A stretch of DNA of 64,000 nt from Amoebidium appalachense (GCA_963693365.1 CAVNZM010000011.1:7801937-7865936); one strand, 5' to 3'; positions 24,335-62,647 are shown, counted from the stretch's first letter. Notes: generated by a model not told the origin, from the sequence alone. A program made the numbers and translations.

Positions 24335-25039
24335 GTATGCCGCATGCACGTTTATCTAGACGGTGGCGAATGGGTAGGTAAGCACTTAATCAGTTAACAG
24401 CTGTTCTGCAGGGGCAACACAGGCGCATGTGTGATGCCGTCATTGCACTGGAACCTCTACTAACCCTCCGGAAGAACAACAAGAAAGCTACGGTGAAAAA
24501 GGGCAAGATCACTAATACTGAGGAAAAAACCATAGAAAAATCTAAAATGACAACACTTTTCAAAGGCTCATCTATGGCCTCTGATTTGCGCCCCAAGAGC
24601 ACTTGATATCGATGTAACAGCACACGTAGATGATCGGGCAGCCCACCCAGGCCTTGCTAGTAAGCCCCTGGTAGTCGGATACATGGTCTCCGCATTAGAA
24701 AGGTTAAGGAAGAAATTTGGCTTGAATTCTCTTGCGTAACGCCAGTATTAAAACCAAAATACACACGCGTGACTTTGCTAACAGCGGCAGTCCAAAAAGC
24801 TTGCCTGTGCACAAACGCACCTGACGACGTCGACGTCAACGGCTGGCTAGGCTGTGTGGCAATAATCTGGTTACCTTGCTGCCTCCCTCCCTTTTCCCAA
24901 CCTTTTTGCAAATCATACAATATCAAGCTCTTTTATAACCCACAACATTACCATGTTATCACGCTCTATCATAAACCACAACTGTGCAGAAGAAATACAT
25001 GAACCTCGGTTCCAAAATTGCGTTTGCTCGATGACCCGC

Positions 25040-25610
25040 TGATTGGTGACCACCGCACCGCCGCGCCGTGACGTCACGGAGAGGTCCCGGCTATTGTGCT
25101 GTTCCGAACAGCTCCCGGCCGGGCGAGACGTCGTTGAGCCCTCACGGGGCCCAACACTGGAATAATACTAATGCTTGGCATAGGCTTAAAGAAATATGCG
25201 GCAGTAAATCAATAAAATATTAGTATTCATCTGGCAACGCGAAACCCCAGGCCCACGGCGGCCGGAGGACGGCGGGCGGTGGGCGCCCCGCGGCCGGGCC
25301 GCGCGCTCGGCCGCGGGCATTGGCAATATCCACAGCGCTAATAATTCTAGTAGCAAGCACACCATGGTGCACGTGTTGAGAGTAAAGGCGGTGATGGTAG
25401 AGTATGCACAGCAGTACTGCGCCCGGAAAATCAGTAAAGGAAAAAAAAGAAAAAGCAATAAGTGCTCCCAGCTCAGTTGTCAATGCGCGCCACGGCCCCT
25501 TCAGTCCAAGAGCGGCCTTGCGACCGCCGGAGCAGAGGTCGTGACGTCACGATGACTGTCATTAGGCGATTGGTGACTTTACTAATGACGATAAAACAAT
25601 CCAATCACTG
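25040..25610. promoter_or_regulatory. CpG-rich divergent promoter region (RasGEF/RPS3) with two CCAAT + CRE modules
   Basis: GATTGGTGAC at 25041-25050 and 25568-25577; palindromes CGTGACGTCACG 25067-25078 and TCGTGACGTCACGA 25539-25552; CCAAT 25601-25605; GC/CpG-rich core at about 25250-25320. Confidence 0.7.
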
Positions 25611-25682
25611 CACGGCTACTCATTAGCAGCGTGGAACACAGGCGACGGCGACGGTGAAACAGCGCACCCCACACTCGCGGAG

Positions 25683-25694
25683 TCCTTTTCCCCT
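25683..25694 (+). promoter_or_regulatory. Candidate TCT initiator / 5'TOP pyrimidine tract of RPS3
   Basis: TCCTTTTCCCCT about 45 nt upstream of the RPS3 ATG, the position and form typical of ribosomal-protein TCT starts. Confidence 0.55.
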
Positions 25695-25730
25695 GCATCC
25701 TTGCCGTTTATCGGTCGGATATCTACGAAA

Positions 25731-28700
25731 ATGGCGGAAGCAGCCGTGCAAGTCAGCATTAGCAAGAAGCGCAAGGTGCTGGCTCCCTCGCTGTTTAGTT
25801 TGAAACGCACAGGGCTATGGATGCTGGGGATGCGATAGGATTACCAGTAGGGTAGTCAGTAGCGATGGAGTCGTTTTCTGTTACAGCACAGAGGTATCCA
25901 ACGCCCATCGAGTGCCATCGCGGTGAATCAGATGCCATCCTCAACATGGACGGGGCCGTAACGTCTCAACTTTGATTCAGCAACGACATTCAGCATTTAG
26001 GGTCCTGGTCACAATCATCGTAACACAAATGAAAACGATACTAAGTGAGGGCTTGAAGCGACACAATGTTGAGTAGATTATGGAGGCAGTGGTCAGCGCG
26101 TTTTGCCGGCACATTCGGAAATTGGTGGTCCAGGAAAAGCAGGTTAGGAACGACGGCTGAACGATGGGAAGACAAAGCTCAGGATCAATGTCAGCAGCCG
26201 TAATATTTTGTTTCGAGTGCTACGTGTACGTACACATCACATGTGTTTGGAGGCAGGTGCTCGTCAGATCATTTACATGTGGAGGAACATACGCTGCGCT
26301 GATGGGAACCTGTAGGTGTTACGGTCTGCAAGTGTGGCTTGGGGTTATCGGGCAGGGGACAACGTGAATTGCACAACGGGAAGTTGGAAGCTGCATTAGT
26401 TCGGTTGTTCGATGTATAGGGTGAGATCTGTAGGGTGAGTTGGCACTGAAGGTGTGGGGGTGCAGTTCGTTGCGGATGGTGTCTTCTTCGCTGAGCTGAA
26501 CGAGTTCCTCACTCGTGAGCTTGCCGAGGAGGGCTACAGCGGTGTGGAGGTCCGCGTGACCCCCACCAAGACCGAGATCATCATCCGTGCCACCCGCCCC
26601 CAGAATGTGCTCGGTGAGAAGGTACATATACTGTTTGAACTGTCCCCTTCCTTGAAACAGGCCTTTTGTTGTTGCTTAGCATCTGCCGGCTGTAGAGTGT
26701 TGTGCGCGGGTATTCGCGAAGTAAGGGCGTTGTAGTTGAAATGTTGACATCACTTCAGGAATTGGCAGGTTTGGTGTGTTACGGGTTAAAAACAGTCTGC
26801 ACACACCAACCGAATGCCTGTGGTGAGGTTTTTGGAAGCACATATAGCAGAATAGATCCTTAGCCTATGGGTGCCGTGTGCCTACCTACATTCACGGGGT
26901 TATATGCATAGTTATCTGAATAGGACATCATACACTTGGCCTGGGTGAGTACCCGTGGCTCTCTGAGTTATGACGTGCAACATGTTCTTGAACGTCTTGG
27001 CAACACAAGCTTGAGAGAATGGGAGGGGTAAACTTGTTCGACACATTATTAATTTGAATTTCTTGCTTGCTTGACCGTATGGTGTTCGCTGTCAATGTGT
27101 ATCCCCATTTTGAAAGCACCCCTCCCCCCGACCAGGGCCCCCACTCGGCCCCCATCTTTATTCCACCCTCCTCAGAAGTGCCTCGGTTGTGATTAGGAAG
27201 GATCATCGGATTGAACGATTTGCCTTGTACTGTGTTTTTTCACTTTGTCCCTTTCTATTTTGACCTCCCCCCCCCCCCCCCTCCCCTCTCCCCCCGTCAA
27301 CCAGAGCTGTGCTCGATGGTGACACGACTGACATCCTCCCCATCTCAATAGGGTCGCCGCATCCGCGAGCTGACGTCAGCCGTGCAGAAGCGCTTCAGCT
27401 TCAAGGAGGAGGGCCTTGCCCTGTACGCCGAGAAGGTCAACAACCGCGGTCTGTGCGCCATCGCCCAGTGCGAGTCCCTGCGCTACAAGCTGCTCGGTGG
27501 TCTGGCCGTGCGCCGTGCCTGCTACGGTGTGCTTCGCTTCATCATGGAGAGCGGTGCCCGCGTACGTGCCCCTCCCTGCCTGATTGTGTGTTGTGTGTGC
27601 ATGCCTGACTAGGCTGTAGCTGATGGTGGTGGGGATGTGCAGGGTTGCGAGGTGGTCGTGTCTGGTAAGCTGCGTGCCCAGCGTGCCAAGAGCATGAAGT
27701 TCGTGGATGGCCTGATGATCCACTCCGGTGAGCCGTACAAGGTATACGTGGACACTGCTGTGCGCCACGTGCTTCTGCGCCAGGGTGAGTGCTCTAGAAC
27801 CGTCTGTGTAGAACAACTTGGAAGAACCTTCCTCCCCCCCTACTGGCAGTTAAACCTTTTTGAGGAACCTGGCCATCTTCTCGCTTATCCTCGTCCCCAT
27901 GGCTCGCACGGCATCACTAGCACGCACAGGTGGATAGCTGGTCAAAAAGGGCACCTGTATATCGGGTTTCTGGGTGCATGTGTTTGTGTCCCCTCTCTCA
28001 TCACTTTCATGGTTTCACAAGACCACTTGCTGGTGCACGCGGTGGGGTTGTATCGATGTGCATGGCTGTATGCATCGTGTCTGCAGAGTGCTAGTAAATG
28101 TGTGCACGACATAGGCTACGAGACTACACAAGCATGATCTGCGCTGTGCCTGCTTACACACAAGCATACTTACACGCACGCATCTAGGGGTGGTTTTTCG
28201 CCCGTGTATGGTGCCTGTGCAGATGGTGTAGGCCACATCTGCCAGAGTTCACATACGTTTGTGGATTGTCTTTTTGTCATTTTGACTTTGTTTTGAGTAA
28301 GGGTTTAGGAATTTTTGTTGCAAGCTAACGCACTGGTTTGTCGGTGAGTTTATTTTTGTATCCCGTCTGTTTACCACCTCATGCATGTGTGGGCCTATGC
28401 AAGCGTGGGCTCGCACATGGATGCATCGTTCCTGGAGGATACCAGTTTGGCCCACCCACGCTTGTGCGGCCTGGTGGGTTGCTCTGCCGCTGCTGGTGCT
28501 GACGGGGTGGTGCAGGTGTGCTCGGTATCAAGGTCAAGATCATGCTTGCGCACGACCCTGCCGGCAAGGACGGCCCCAAGAAGCCGCTGCCCGACAACAT
28601 CAAGGTGCTGGAGCCCAAGGACGAGTACCTGCCCGCCACCCCCACCTCCGAGTACCCCAACCGCGCCCCCCCTGCCCCCGTGGCCGCTGCCCCCGCAGAG

Positions 28701-28739
28701 GCCGCCCCTGCCGCCCCCGTCGAGCAGGTCGAGGCTTAA
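25731..28739 (+). CDS. RPS3: 40S ribosomal protein S3 (uS3); exons 25731-25775, 26466-26621, 27352-27561, 27643-27784, 28516-28739
   Basis: [15 protein letters not shown]|[39 protein letters not shown]|[54 protein letters not shown]|[37 protein letters not shown]|[18 protein letters not shown]. All introns are GT-AG. Confidence 0.98.
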
Positions 28740-28819
28740 ACCCGCGCTGGGTTCTTGGCAGTAAAATTACTGGCCACCATCTGGTGTGCCCGAATGTATG
28801 CTAGCGTGTCCCTTTTGCG

Positions 28820-28825
28820 AATAAA
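28820..28825 (+). terminator. Candidate polyadenylation signal AATAAA for RPS3
   Basis: AATAAA about 80 nt after the stop codon. Confidence 0.5.
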
Positions 28826-29924
28826 TTAGTGTCATCATGCCCCCCCCTATGTAGCCCCCATACGTCTATGCACATAGTACCCACTGTGCTTTCAATGTGC
28901 TCGTGTCCACTGAGAAACGACCCAAGAACGACGTATGGCTGGGCAAACACGTAAAACTCCCTTACAGTAGCCCGGCATCCTGTGAGGGCTCCACCGAGTG
29001 CAAGCAGCCTGCCAATCATATATTCCACCTTCCACCTGCTTCTCTTTCATGGTGAATTGCAGCTGGTGCATCCCCTATGACGGCCATATTATTATTTCTT
29101 GTTCTCACGAAAGTTAACGTTGAACCCATTTTTTTGCATTTGCAAGGCCTAGCTACATGTGTCCCGGGCAAAACTCGGATCCTTATATGGCAATGATACA
29201 ACAACCCTGCATCCTTGTGTGGCGTATCATATTTGCGGTGAACACAGCATTGCAGGCTGTGCAAGTGTATGCACCATTCTTGCAGCACTTACCTATGTAC
29301 TGAATAGCTCCCAGGAAAGGAGAGGGCGATCTTCTGCTTTGTCAACCCATCTCTCATGGACGAGAACTCCGCACCAACTGGACGCGGATACCTCACGCGA
29401 CGAGCTCACGTACCGTCGGGCAGATCTGACTTGCACTGATCCTGAGAGTTAGTAAGCGCAGCTGAGAAGAGCTATCTTAGTCACTTTGCTGTCTCACAGC
29501 TGTCTCTCTGACATGCGCAGCGTAGTATAGCCGGGCCTATTATGTAGCTACACTCTGGGAGAGCAGGAGCTCACTACATTGTGATTTCGCAAAATCCGAT
29601 CATCGATATTACACTGAAAGTAGAGCGGCATGTTCTGCATGGTGCGCCGGTGCGCTCTTGACTAATCGTGGTGCTGCCCAGCCCCAGAACAGTTGACCCA
29701 CACTGCAAAGCCTTGTTGCATTCAAAACCGCGCGCCGACAGGTCCAGAGTGTTAGCTTGCCGGACTCATGACAGGATAACCGTGACGCCCCACCGCATAT
29801 ATACCTGTTACACAGTGACACCACACATACGCACCACATTGTCTTCTTTGCACGCAGAGCAGACTATGCCTGACCTGCACGGTGCCTGGGTCGAGCCTGC
29901 CTCGAGTGCTTGACACCTTCGACT

Positions 29925-55953
<26,029 letters not shown>

Positions 55954-56710
55954 CCACAGCCTGTACACTGCCACCCACGGGGCCTGGGCATTGGTGCTGG
56001 GTGCAGCATGCTGTACACCTGGCCATGTGTCTGCCTGTGGCCCCACCTGCCATCTGCAGCCATGCCGCTGCAACTCATGCACCAACCTGTGTGCCTGGCC
56101 ACTACAGGCCCATGCCCTGGGTGCCCTCCTGTCACCCTGGTGCCGGCAGGCCCCCCGTCGGTTTCGACCAAGCCTGAGGGCCCACCAACATTCCTGGCCC
56201 TGGCCCGCCTACTGCACGATAGCGTGGCACACCCATGCAACAGGCCACACCACCCTAGCAGCATGCAGGGCAGCTGCACCGCTGGTGGGCCCACACGCAC
56301 GCAGCCATGTGCCTTAGTAAATGGCCCTTAGGGGTCTATTGTGCTGGCTGCTGGCTGGACTGGCCCAGGACCCCACTCTCACTGCCCGTTCAAACAGTTT
56401 GGTTTGCTCCCTCTGTCCTTATTGGCTGAACTGTTTGGTTTGCAATGGCACTGCCCGTTTTACCTAGGATGGTTTAGTTTGCTTTTGCTGCCCGTTTCGG
56501 CCGCAACGGTTTGGTTTACTCTCACTGGCAGGTTCGGCTGTGGGATGTTTTGGTTTCATCACTACCCCTTCCGGCTGAAGGTTTTGTTTGCTCTCAGTAG
56601 CCGGTTCAGCTGGGAAACGGTTTGGTTTGCTCCCACCGTGCCCGTTTCGCCCGTGGGACATTTTGCTTTGCTCTCGGGCTCACTGCCCATTTGAAATTCG
56701 GCTAGGACGG

Positions 56711-57075
56711 CATAGAAATTTGTTGTTCTAGACTTTGCCATGAGCCACTTTGCGTGCCATTGGTAAAGGAGGGTAAACAAGTAGTAAATTGCTTATCGGT
56801 TTTGGTTCGTTTGAAGTCATTTGATTGGAGCACCCCATTTTGGCGACCAGATTGAGAACTTTGGATTGGTTGACATGCATTGATTTGCCGGACCTTCGAG
56901 CGATTGGATGTAGTGAAGGCGCTCCAATCAAAAACATTTGCTGTTTGCTGCGCTATTCAATGTAAAGCTGTGATTGGAGCGCCTTAAATTAGGCATTCAG
57001 GATTACAAATTGATTGGCATCGGCAAACCTGTAAGGACCATGTGTGTTTTAAAAGTCTAAAACAATAGCTTAAGG
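56711..57075. mobile_element. MITE-like insertion in the satellite, rich in CCAAT boxes
   Basis: Interrupts a satellite unit after GGACGG. Inverted repeat TGTTGTTCTAGACTTT (56721-56736) vs AAAGTCTAAAACAATA (57052-57067) matches at 14/16. It contains about 7 ATTGG/CCAAT motifs but has no clear TSD. Confidence 0.55.
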
Positions 57076-57740
57076 TGTTGACTTGCTCTCACTGCCCGCT
57101 TCGGCTGGGGCAGTTTGGTTTGCTACCACTACCCTTTCGGGCTGTAAGGTTTGGTTCACTCCCACTGCCCTTTTTGCCTAGAACGGTTTGGTTTGCTCTC
57201 ACTGGCTGGTTCGGCTGAGACGGTTAAATTTGCTCTCACTGCCCGTTTTGCTGGGACAACGGTTTGCTTTTCTACCACTGCCTGTTTCAGCTGGGGTGGT
57301 TTGGCTTTCTACGGCTGCCCTTTTCGGCTGAACAGTTTGGTTTGCTCTCACCGTGTCTGTTTCAGATGTGAGCCGGTTTTATTTCAAATTGCTCTCATTT
57401 ACCGTTTCGGCTGGGACGGCGCGTTGGTCTGCTTTGATGACTGCTCGTTTCGGCTGGGATGGTTTGGTTTGCTACCACTGCCCTTTTCGGCTGAACTGTT
57501 TTGGTGTGCTCCCACCGTGCCTGTTTCCCCTGTGGGCCGGCTTGGCTTGCTCGTGACACTGCTCGTTTCGGCTCGAACAGTTTGGTTTGCTCTCAATGGC
57601 CGGTTCTGCTGGGACGGTTTGAAAAGTTTTCTCTTAACTACTCATTTGGCTGGGACGGTTTAATTTGGTACCACTGGCCACCTTTTCGGCTGAACGGTTT
57701 GGTTTGCTCCCACTGCCCGTTTCCCGTAGAACGGTTTGGT

Positions 57741-59478
57741 CAAGGTTTGTATTACGACTCAAAAACGTCGTATATACAATAAAGGAGGACCCACCAATAC
57801 CTTTAAAAAAGGCACTCAATTAGTAAATACTTTTTATTTTATCATTACTTTATTGATATGCTCATGAAAGAGAAGCAAGCCGGAGATATCACAGATATCT
57901 CAGAGAAGAAAATACAAAAACCCCTACTCACGGATACGGAGGAGATAACGACTCAAATAATCATACACCCCTGAAAACTCGTTAAACACACGGTGGTTTA
58001 ACAGATAGTCAATAGAAGTAATATCAGGATTATCTAAATAAGCTAGTCTTCGAATTTCTAACGGAATAATCTGAGATAAATAAATACATTTATCTACATG
58101 TTTGCGAGAAAAAGGTTCTGCACAAAAGTTACACAAACATTAATGGAAACTAAGGTTACAACGCCACAATAAACATTTCCAAGCAATATCACACGAAGGG
58201 GTTAGAATGGCAAAATTGGCAAGTGTGGTAGGTTTACGAGAGGAAGGATGAATATAAGTAGCTAATTTAGATAACGATTGTAGAGAAAATAGACGAGTCT
58301 CTAATATAAAAAGAGGCACAGGCTCAAGAGTCCTACCATGATACTCTTTATCACAACAATGACTCATAAGCAAAGGATATTGAGTATGAAACCACGTAAC
58401 ATACTGCTGATAAATAGGGGAAGAGAAAAATAAAGGAGACAAATATTTAAAAGGATATCTCTGAATGGGAGATAGATTGGGTACAGGACATTTCGCACGA
58501 ACATTAGAAATGGGAACAGCGTCTAAAGAAGGAAAGAATTGCAACAAAGGATGGTAAGAAGGAAGTCTAACCGAATGAAAACAAAAGCGAAGGCCTAACT
58601 CATTCATACACTGACTCGCCAGAGGGAGACCAAAAACACTCAGCAAAGGACTCGGAGCCGCCAGAGGATGCCTATGCAAGGTCCGAGAGATGAACTGGAT
58701 GAATTCACGCTGAAAGGAATTGAATTCCTGAAGCGCCACGCGCTGTTGCCGTGGAGGGGCACACAAGGTAACGGGAGGCCATATTTGAAACATGGACGAA
58801 GAAAAACTTTATAAAGAGTGAGCAGATTAGCAGGATGGACATTAGAACTACTTGCGAAAATGCCTTGATAGATGTGTAAACGACCACGCGCACAGGAAAT
58901 GCGAGAAGTCATAAGGCGCTCAAAGCAAATACCCTTAGAGGTGAAAGGAATACCTAAATGGTCATAGGAGGACACAGCTGGGATAGGTTGATTGTTCAAA
59001 GTGTAGTGTGCATGGGGAGAAAAGGTGCCTCTATCCCAATTTTCATGAAATTTCGGAAACACCAATCATCTACTCGAGAAAGCATGGTAGTCATAATAGA
59101 AGGATCATGAGTGACTAAAACAATATCATCAGCGAAAGAAAGGCCGGAAACACAAGAGTCGCCTGCAACGGGAAATTGTTGAATTTCTACCGCTAAGTCG
59201 TCAATAAAGACATCAAAAAGGAGGGGACTCAAAAGTGAGCCCTGTAAAAGGCCTCGTGTACGACTGAATCCGTTACTCAGTACCCCATTCACAACGGCAG
59301 CCCCATGGATGCGGTCAAATAACGCCTGAGGTAGCCGACCAAAGGGAAGTGGGAGCCCTCGAGTCACCAACTTATGCCAAAGCAAATTCGTCGTTAGTAA
59401 ATATGATTGTGAGGGGGGGTCAAAATCCCTATAATCTGCCAAGATATGATTAAAAACACCTGAGCCCCACAACCACTG
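57741..59478. mobile_element. hAT-like non-autonomous element (CA...TG termini, 8-bp TSD GGTTTGGT); 164 bp after removing the nested LINE
   Basis: GGTTTGGT at 57733-57740 and 59479-59486; termini CAAGGTTTGT / reverse complement CAGTGGTTGT. Removing the element and one TSD restores an in-phase satellite unit. Confidence 0.68.
57830..59393 (-). mobile_element. 5'-truncated non-LTR retrotransposon (RT core to C-terminus, frameshifted) with 10-bp TSD TTAGTAAATA
   Basis: RT motifs LLWHKL, RGLLQGSLLSPLLFDVFIDDL, SFADDIVL, YDHLGIPF and LYKVFLRP.FKYG, then C-terminal WRCN..CNFC..FSRKHVDKC..IDYLLN. The 3' UTR has AATAAA and an A-rich end. TSD at 57820-57829 and 59394-59403. Confidence 0.92.
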
Positions 59479-59523
59479 GGTTTGGTTTGCTCTCACTAGC
59501 TGCTTCGGCTGGGATAGTTTGGG

Positions 59524-60862
59524 AGGGGGCTGGGGGGGGGTCGAGGTGTAGTCATGGCAGTGGCAGGCCCCCACTGTTGTGAACCCCCGTCGTCAAAGGG
59601 CCTGGTGCTGAGGCCCCTTGGAGTGGCTGCCCTGGGCCTGGTGTTGAGGCCCTTTGGAGTGGCTGCCCGTAGTGTTGTTGAGTAGTGTTGTGGTGCCCAG
59701 TGCAGCAGTAGGCCTTAGTGCAGCAGTAACACCGCTGGGTAGGGCACGGTTGGGGCGGAGGCATTCCCAAACCACCAGGACCTACGTAGTAGGAGTCTTT
59801 GTCGGGTAGAGGAATGGCCAGCAAGAGAGTCTGGAGGTGTACGCCACATGAGTCTGGAGGTGTTCGTCAGTGGCATGTTAGGTTTTGCTAGGAATTCTTT
59901 GTGGATGGGGCATGCTGAGTGTGGTTGTATGCATGGTGTCTGTTATTATGTCTGTTGCTATGTTCCACTCGATATAACATTGTGCCAGGGGCATGAGGTT
60001 TTGGGTGCAGGTTGTGGACGGGGGCAGAGGTGCATCTACATGGCAACGTCAGTGGCAGTTCATATCCTTGTTTTGGGGTTGGGTTGGGTACTAACCATGC
60101 TGGGGTGGTGCATGGATGCATGTATATGGTTTATGTTTTATGTTAAATGTTGCTTCCTGCATGGGTAGCGGTAGTTGTAGTCGCTCAGCACATAACTTTA
60201 TTTTGCTTTTAGGTAGTTTTTACTGAGGTGGAACTCAGTTATTTTCTGTGCGAAGGGGGAGTTGTCATGTGCTGAGCTGATTCGTATTAGTTTGCTTCTA
60301 TATTTTGTGTTTTGGTGGGTGAATTTCGGGGTTTTCTTGCATAGTGATTCCAGGGTCTAATTGGAGTATAAGGAGATTATTCAGTGGTATGGGGGGAATC
60401 TGATGCAGCGGCGGCTGATTGTTTGGTGCGCGCGTGCATGCTCCACGCCTCTGCGTACTCTTCATGTTAAATGTTGTATTGCTTCTTGCTGTGTGCTTGG
60501 CGAGACCCATGTTGCCTGCTCGCGTGTGTGTATGCTTATATGTATTGTGAGTAAACGTGTGTACGTGTTGTAGTGCTGTAGGGGTGTCTGAGGTGGCGGT
60601 AGCCAATGGTGTGGAGTGCGTGTAGTCTGTGGGGGAGGGAGTGTTGTGATTGGCTGAATGTCACTGTGGTATTTGTCCGGCCAGTGGGCCGTGTGTCTGT
60701 GAAGTGTCTCGCGGGGTCGCGGGCTTTTCGAAGTTCTTCTAAGAACACGTTTGGCTCGCTTCCCACCCAACTCAAAGAAAAGTTTATACGTATACACAGT
60801 TTCAAGCCCCTTTAAGCGTGCAGTTAGTTAGAGTAGTTCGTATACACGCAAGGGCGTGGCAC
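59524..60862. other. Unidentified 1.3-kb insertion in the 37-bp satellite
   Basis: Satellite units flank both sides. It contains a ~35-bp duplication (59597-59668) and CCAAT boxes near 60600-60655, and no recognisable protein. Confidence 0.45.
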
Positions 60863-62647
60863 GACAGTTTGCTCCCACTGCCCGTTATCATCTGGGATGG
60901 TCTGGTTTACTCTCATATCTAATATGTCCAATCACTGACAGCGCGCACGCGCGGTGTGTGTGTGTGTGTGTGTGTGCGTGTGCGTGTGCGTGTGCGTGTG
61001 CGTGTGCGTGTGCGTGTGCGTGTGCGTGTGACTTAGTGTCCTGGCACTCTGGTTGGGACGGTGTGGTTTTCTCACACTGCCGGTCTCGATTGTGGGACGG
61101 TTTGGTTTCCTCTCACTGCCTGTTTTGGCTGTGACAGTTTGGTTTGCTACCAACCCCCTTTTCCTGCTGAAATGCTTGGTTTGCTCCCACTGCTTGTTTT
61201 GTCTATGACAGTTTGGTTTGCACTCATTGGCCGGTTCTGCTGGTACGATTTGGAAAGTTCTCTCTAACTACCCGTTTTGCTGGGACGGTTTGGTTTGCTG
61301 TTGCTGCCGGTTTTGATTATTGGACGGTTTGCTCAGGCTCACTGCCCATTTTCTGCTGGGATGGTCACAGTGGTTTACTCTCACTGCCTCTTTTGGCCGG
61401 GACGCTTTTATTTGCTCTCACTGCCCGTTTCGACTGGGACGGGGTTTGTTTAGTCTCACTGCCCGTTTTGACTGTAACGGTTTGGTTTATTAGTCTCACT
61501 GCCCGTTACCCTTGTGGGACGGTTTGGTTTGCCCTCAATGGCAGGTTCAGCTGGGACGGTTCGGTTGTTCTCATTTCCCGTTTTGGCTGGAACAGTTTGG
61601 TTTGCTGGGGCGGTTGTATTTCCTCTCACTGCCTTTTGTGGCTGGGGCAAGGGTTCGGTTTGGTATTCCCTCCCATTTCAGCTGAACGGTTTTTAGTTTG
61701 TACCCACTGCCGGTTTCGCCTAGGACTGGTTGGTTTTCTCTGAATGCCTGTTTCACTTGAGACGGTCACTTTGTTTACCAGTCTTGATGCGCGTTTCGGC
61801 TGGGACGGTTAGGTTTAGCTGGGACGGTTTTCTTTGCTCTCGCTGCGCGTTTCGGGTGAGACGGTTCAAAGTTTACTAAGTAGTTTGCTCTCGCTGCAAG
61901 GCTTTGCTCATCCCCATATTGGTTCCGGTCTGAATTCAATTCTTTTAAGGGGACTGAACTCCCCCTTCTTATGCCAACGTCGTCTTTACCAGCCCCAGCA
62001 AGGGGATACATGAGCCGGTGCCTGTGGATCAATCTCACAAGCAGGCACAGGTGTGCTCCACAGGAGCAATGAAAAGAATGACAAATGTCATACAGAAACA
62101 TGCTCCAAAAACGTAGCCTAGTGCCTAAATAGGCAAGGATGTGGTGGGTGAGCAAAAACTTAGCTAAAAAATTGGGCCTAAAGAGACCTAAACGCGCTCA
62201 GTAGCGCCGCAACTGACCTGCCTGGGGCCGCGCAAGCTCATTAAATAGCGCGGCCTACATTTTTGCCTATGGAAATATGAAGAAATGACTTAGAATTTAT
62301 CAAATCCATGAAATCTACCAAAATGGAATTTTTGCTTCACATCAACCATTCACAAGTGGCTAAAACCTATTAGATCACAAAGACAAAATCAATTGCCGCC
62401 CATTTCGGACTAGATATAACTCACACTCATCAATATATCCATGGATATATGGCATATCCCACAGAACATAAAAACAGTTACAGCTCCCTAAATAAAAATG
62501 CTAGCAGCCTGAAACTTTGCACACACATCAAACACACCAAGGCCTACAACATGCTACTACTACAAATTCTACAGCACACTCGCAACATACAATTTCACTC
62601 CAACGGGCCTATCAATTCTCCTGCAAAGAAAACACGTTTACAAACTA

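Larger units (their letters stand above)
56376..61900. repeat. Degenerate ~37-bp satellite (GGTTTGGTTTGCTCTCACTGCCCGTTTCGGCTGGGAC), roughly 50 copies in blocks 56376-56710, 57076-57740, 59479-59523, 60866-60915, 61050-61900, interrupted by insertions
   Basis: GTTTGGTTTGCTC recurs at 36-39-bp spacing in the same orientation in all blocks. Confidence 0.88.

Noticed and set aside
25776-28515. Intronic box C/D snoRNA in RPS3 (as in vertebrate RPS3)
   Set aside because: I found no RTGATGA...CTGA pair with a terminal stem by eye. H/ACA RNAs cannot be excluded without a covariance-model search.
56376-61900. CRISPR-like 37-bp repeats
   Set aside because: The whole 37-bp period is homologous between copies, so it is a degenerate satellite without spacers.
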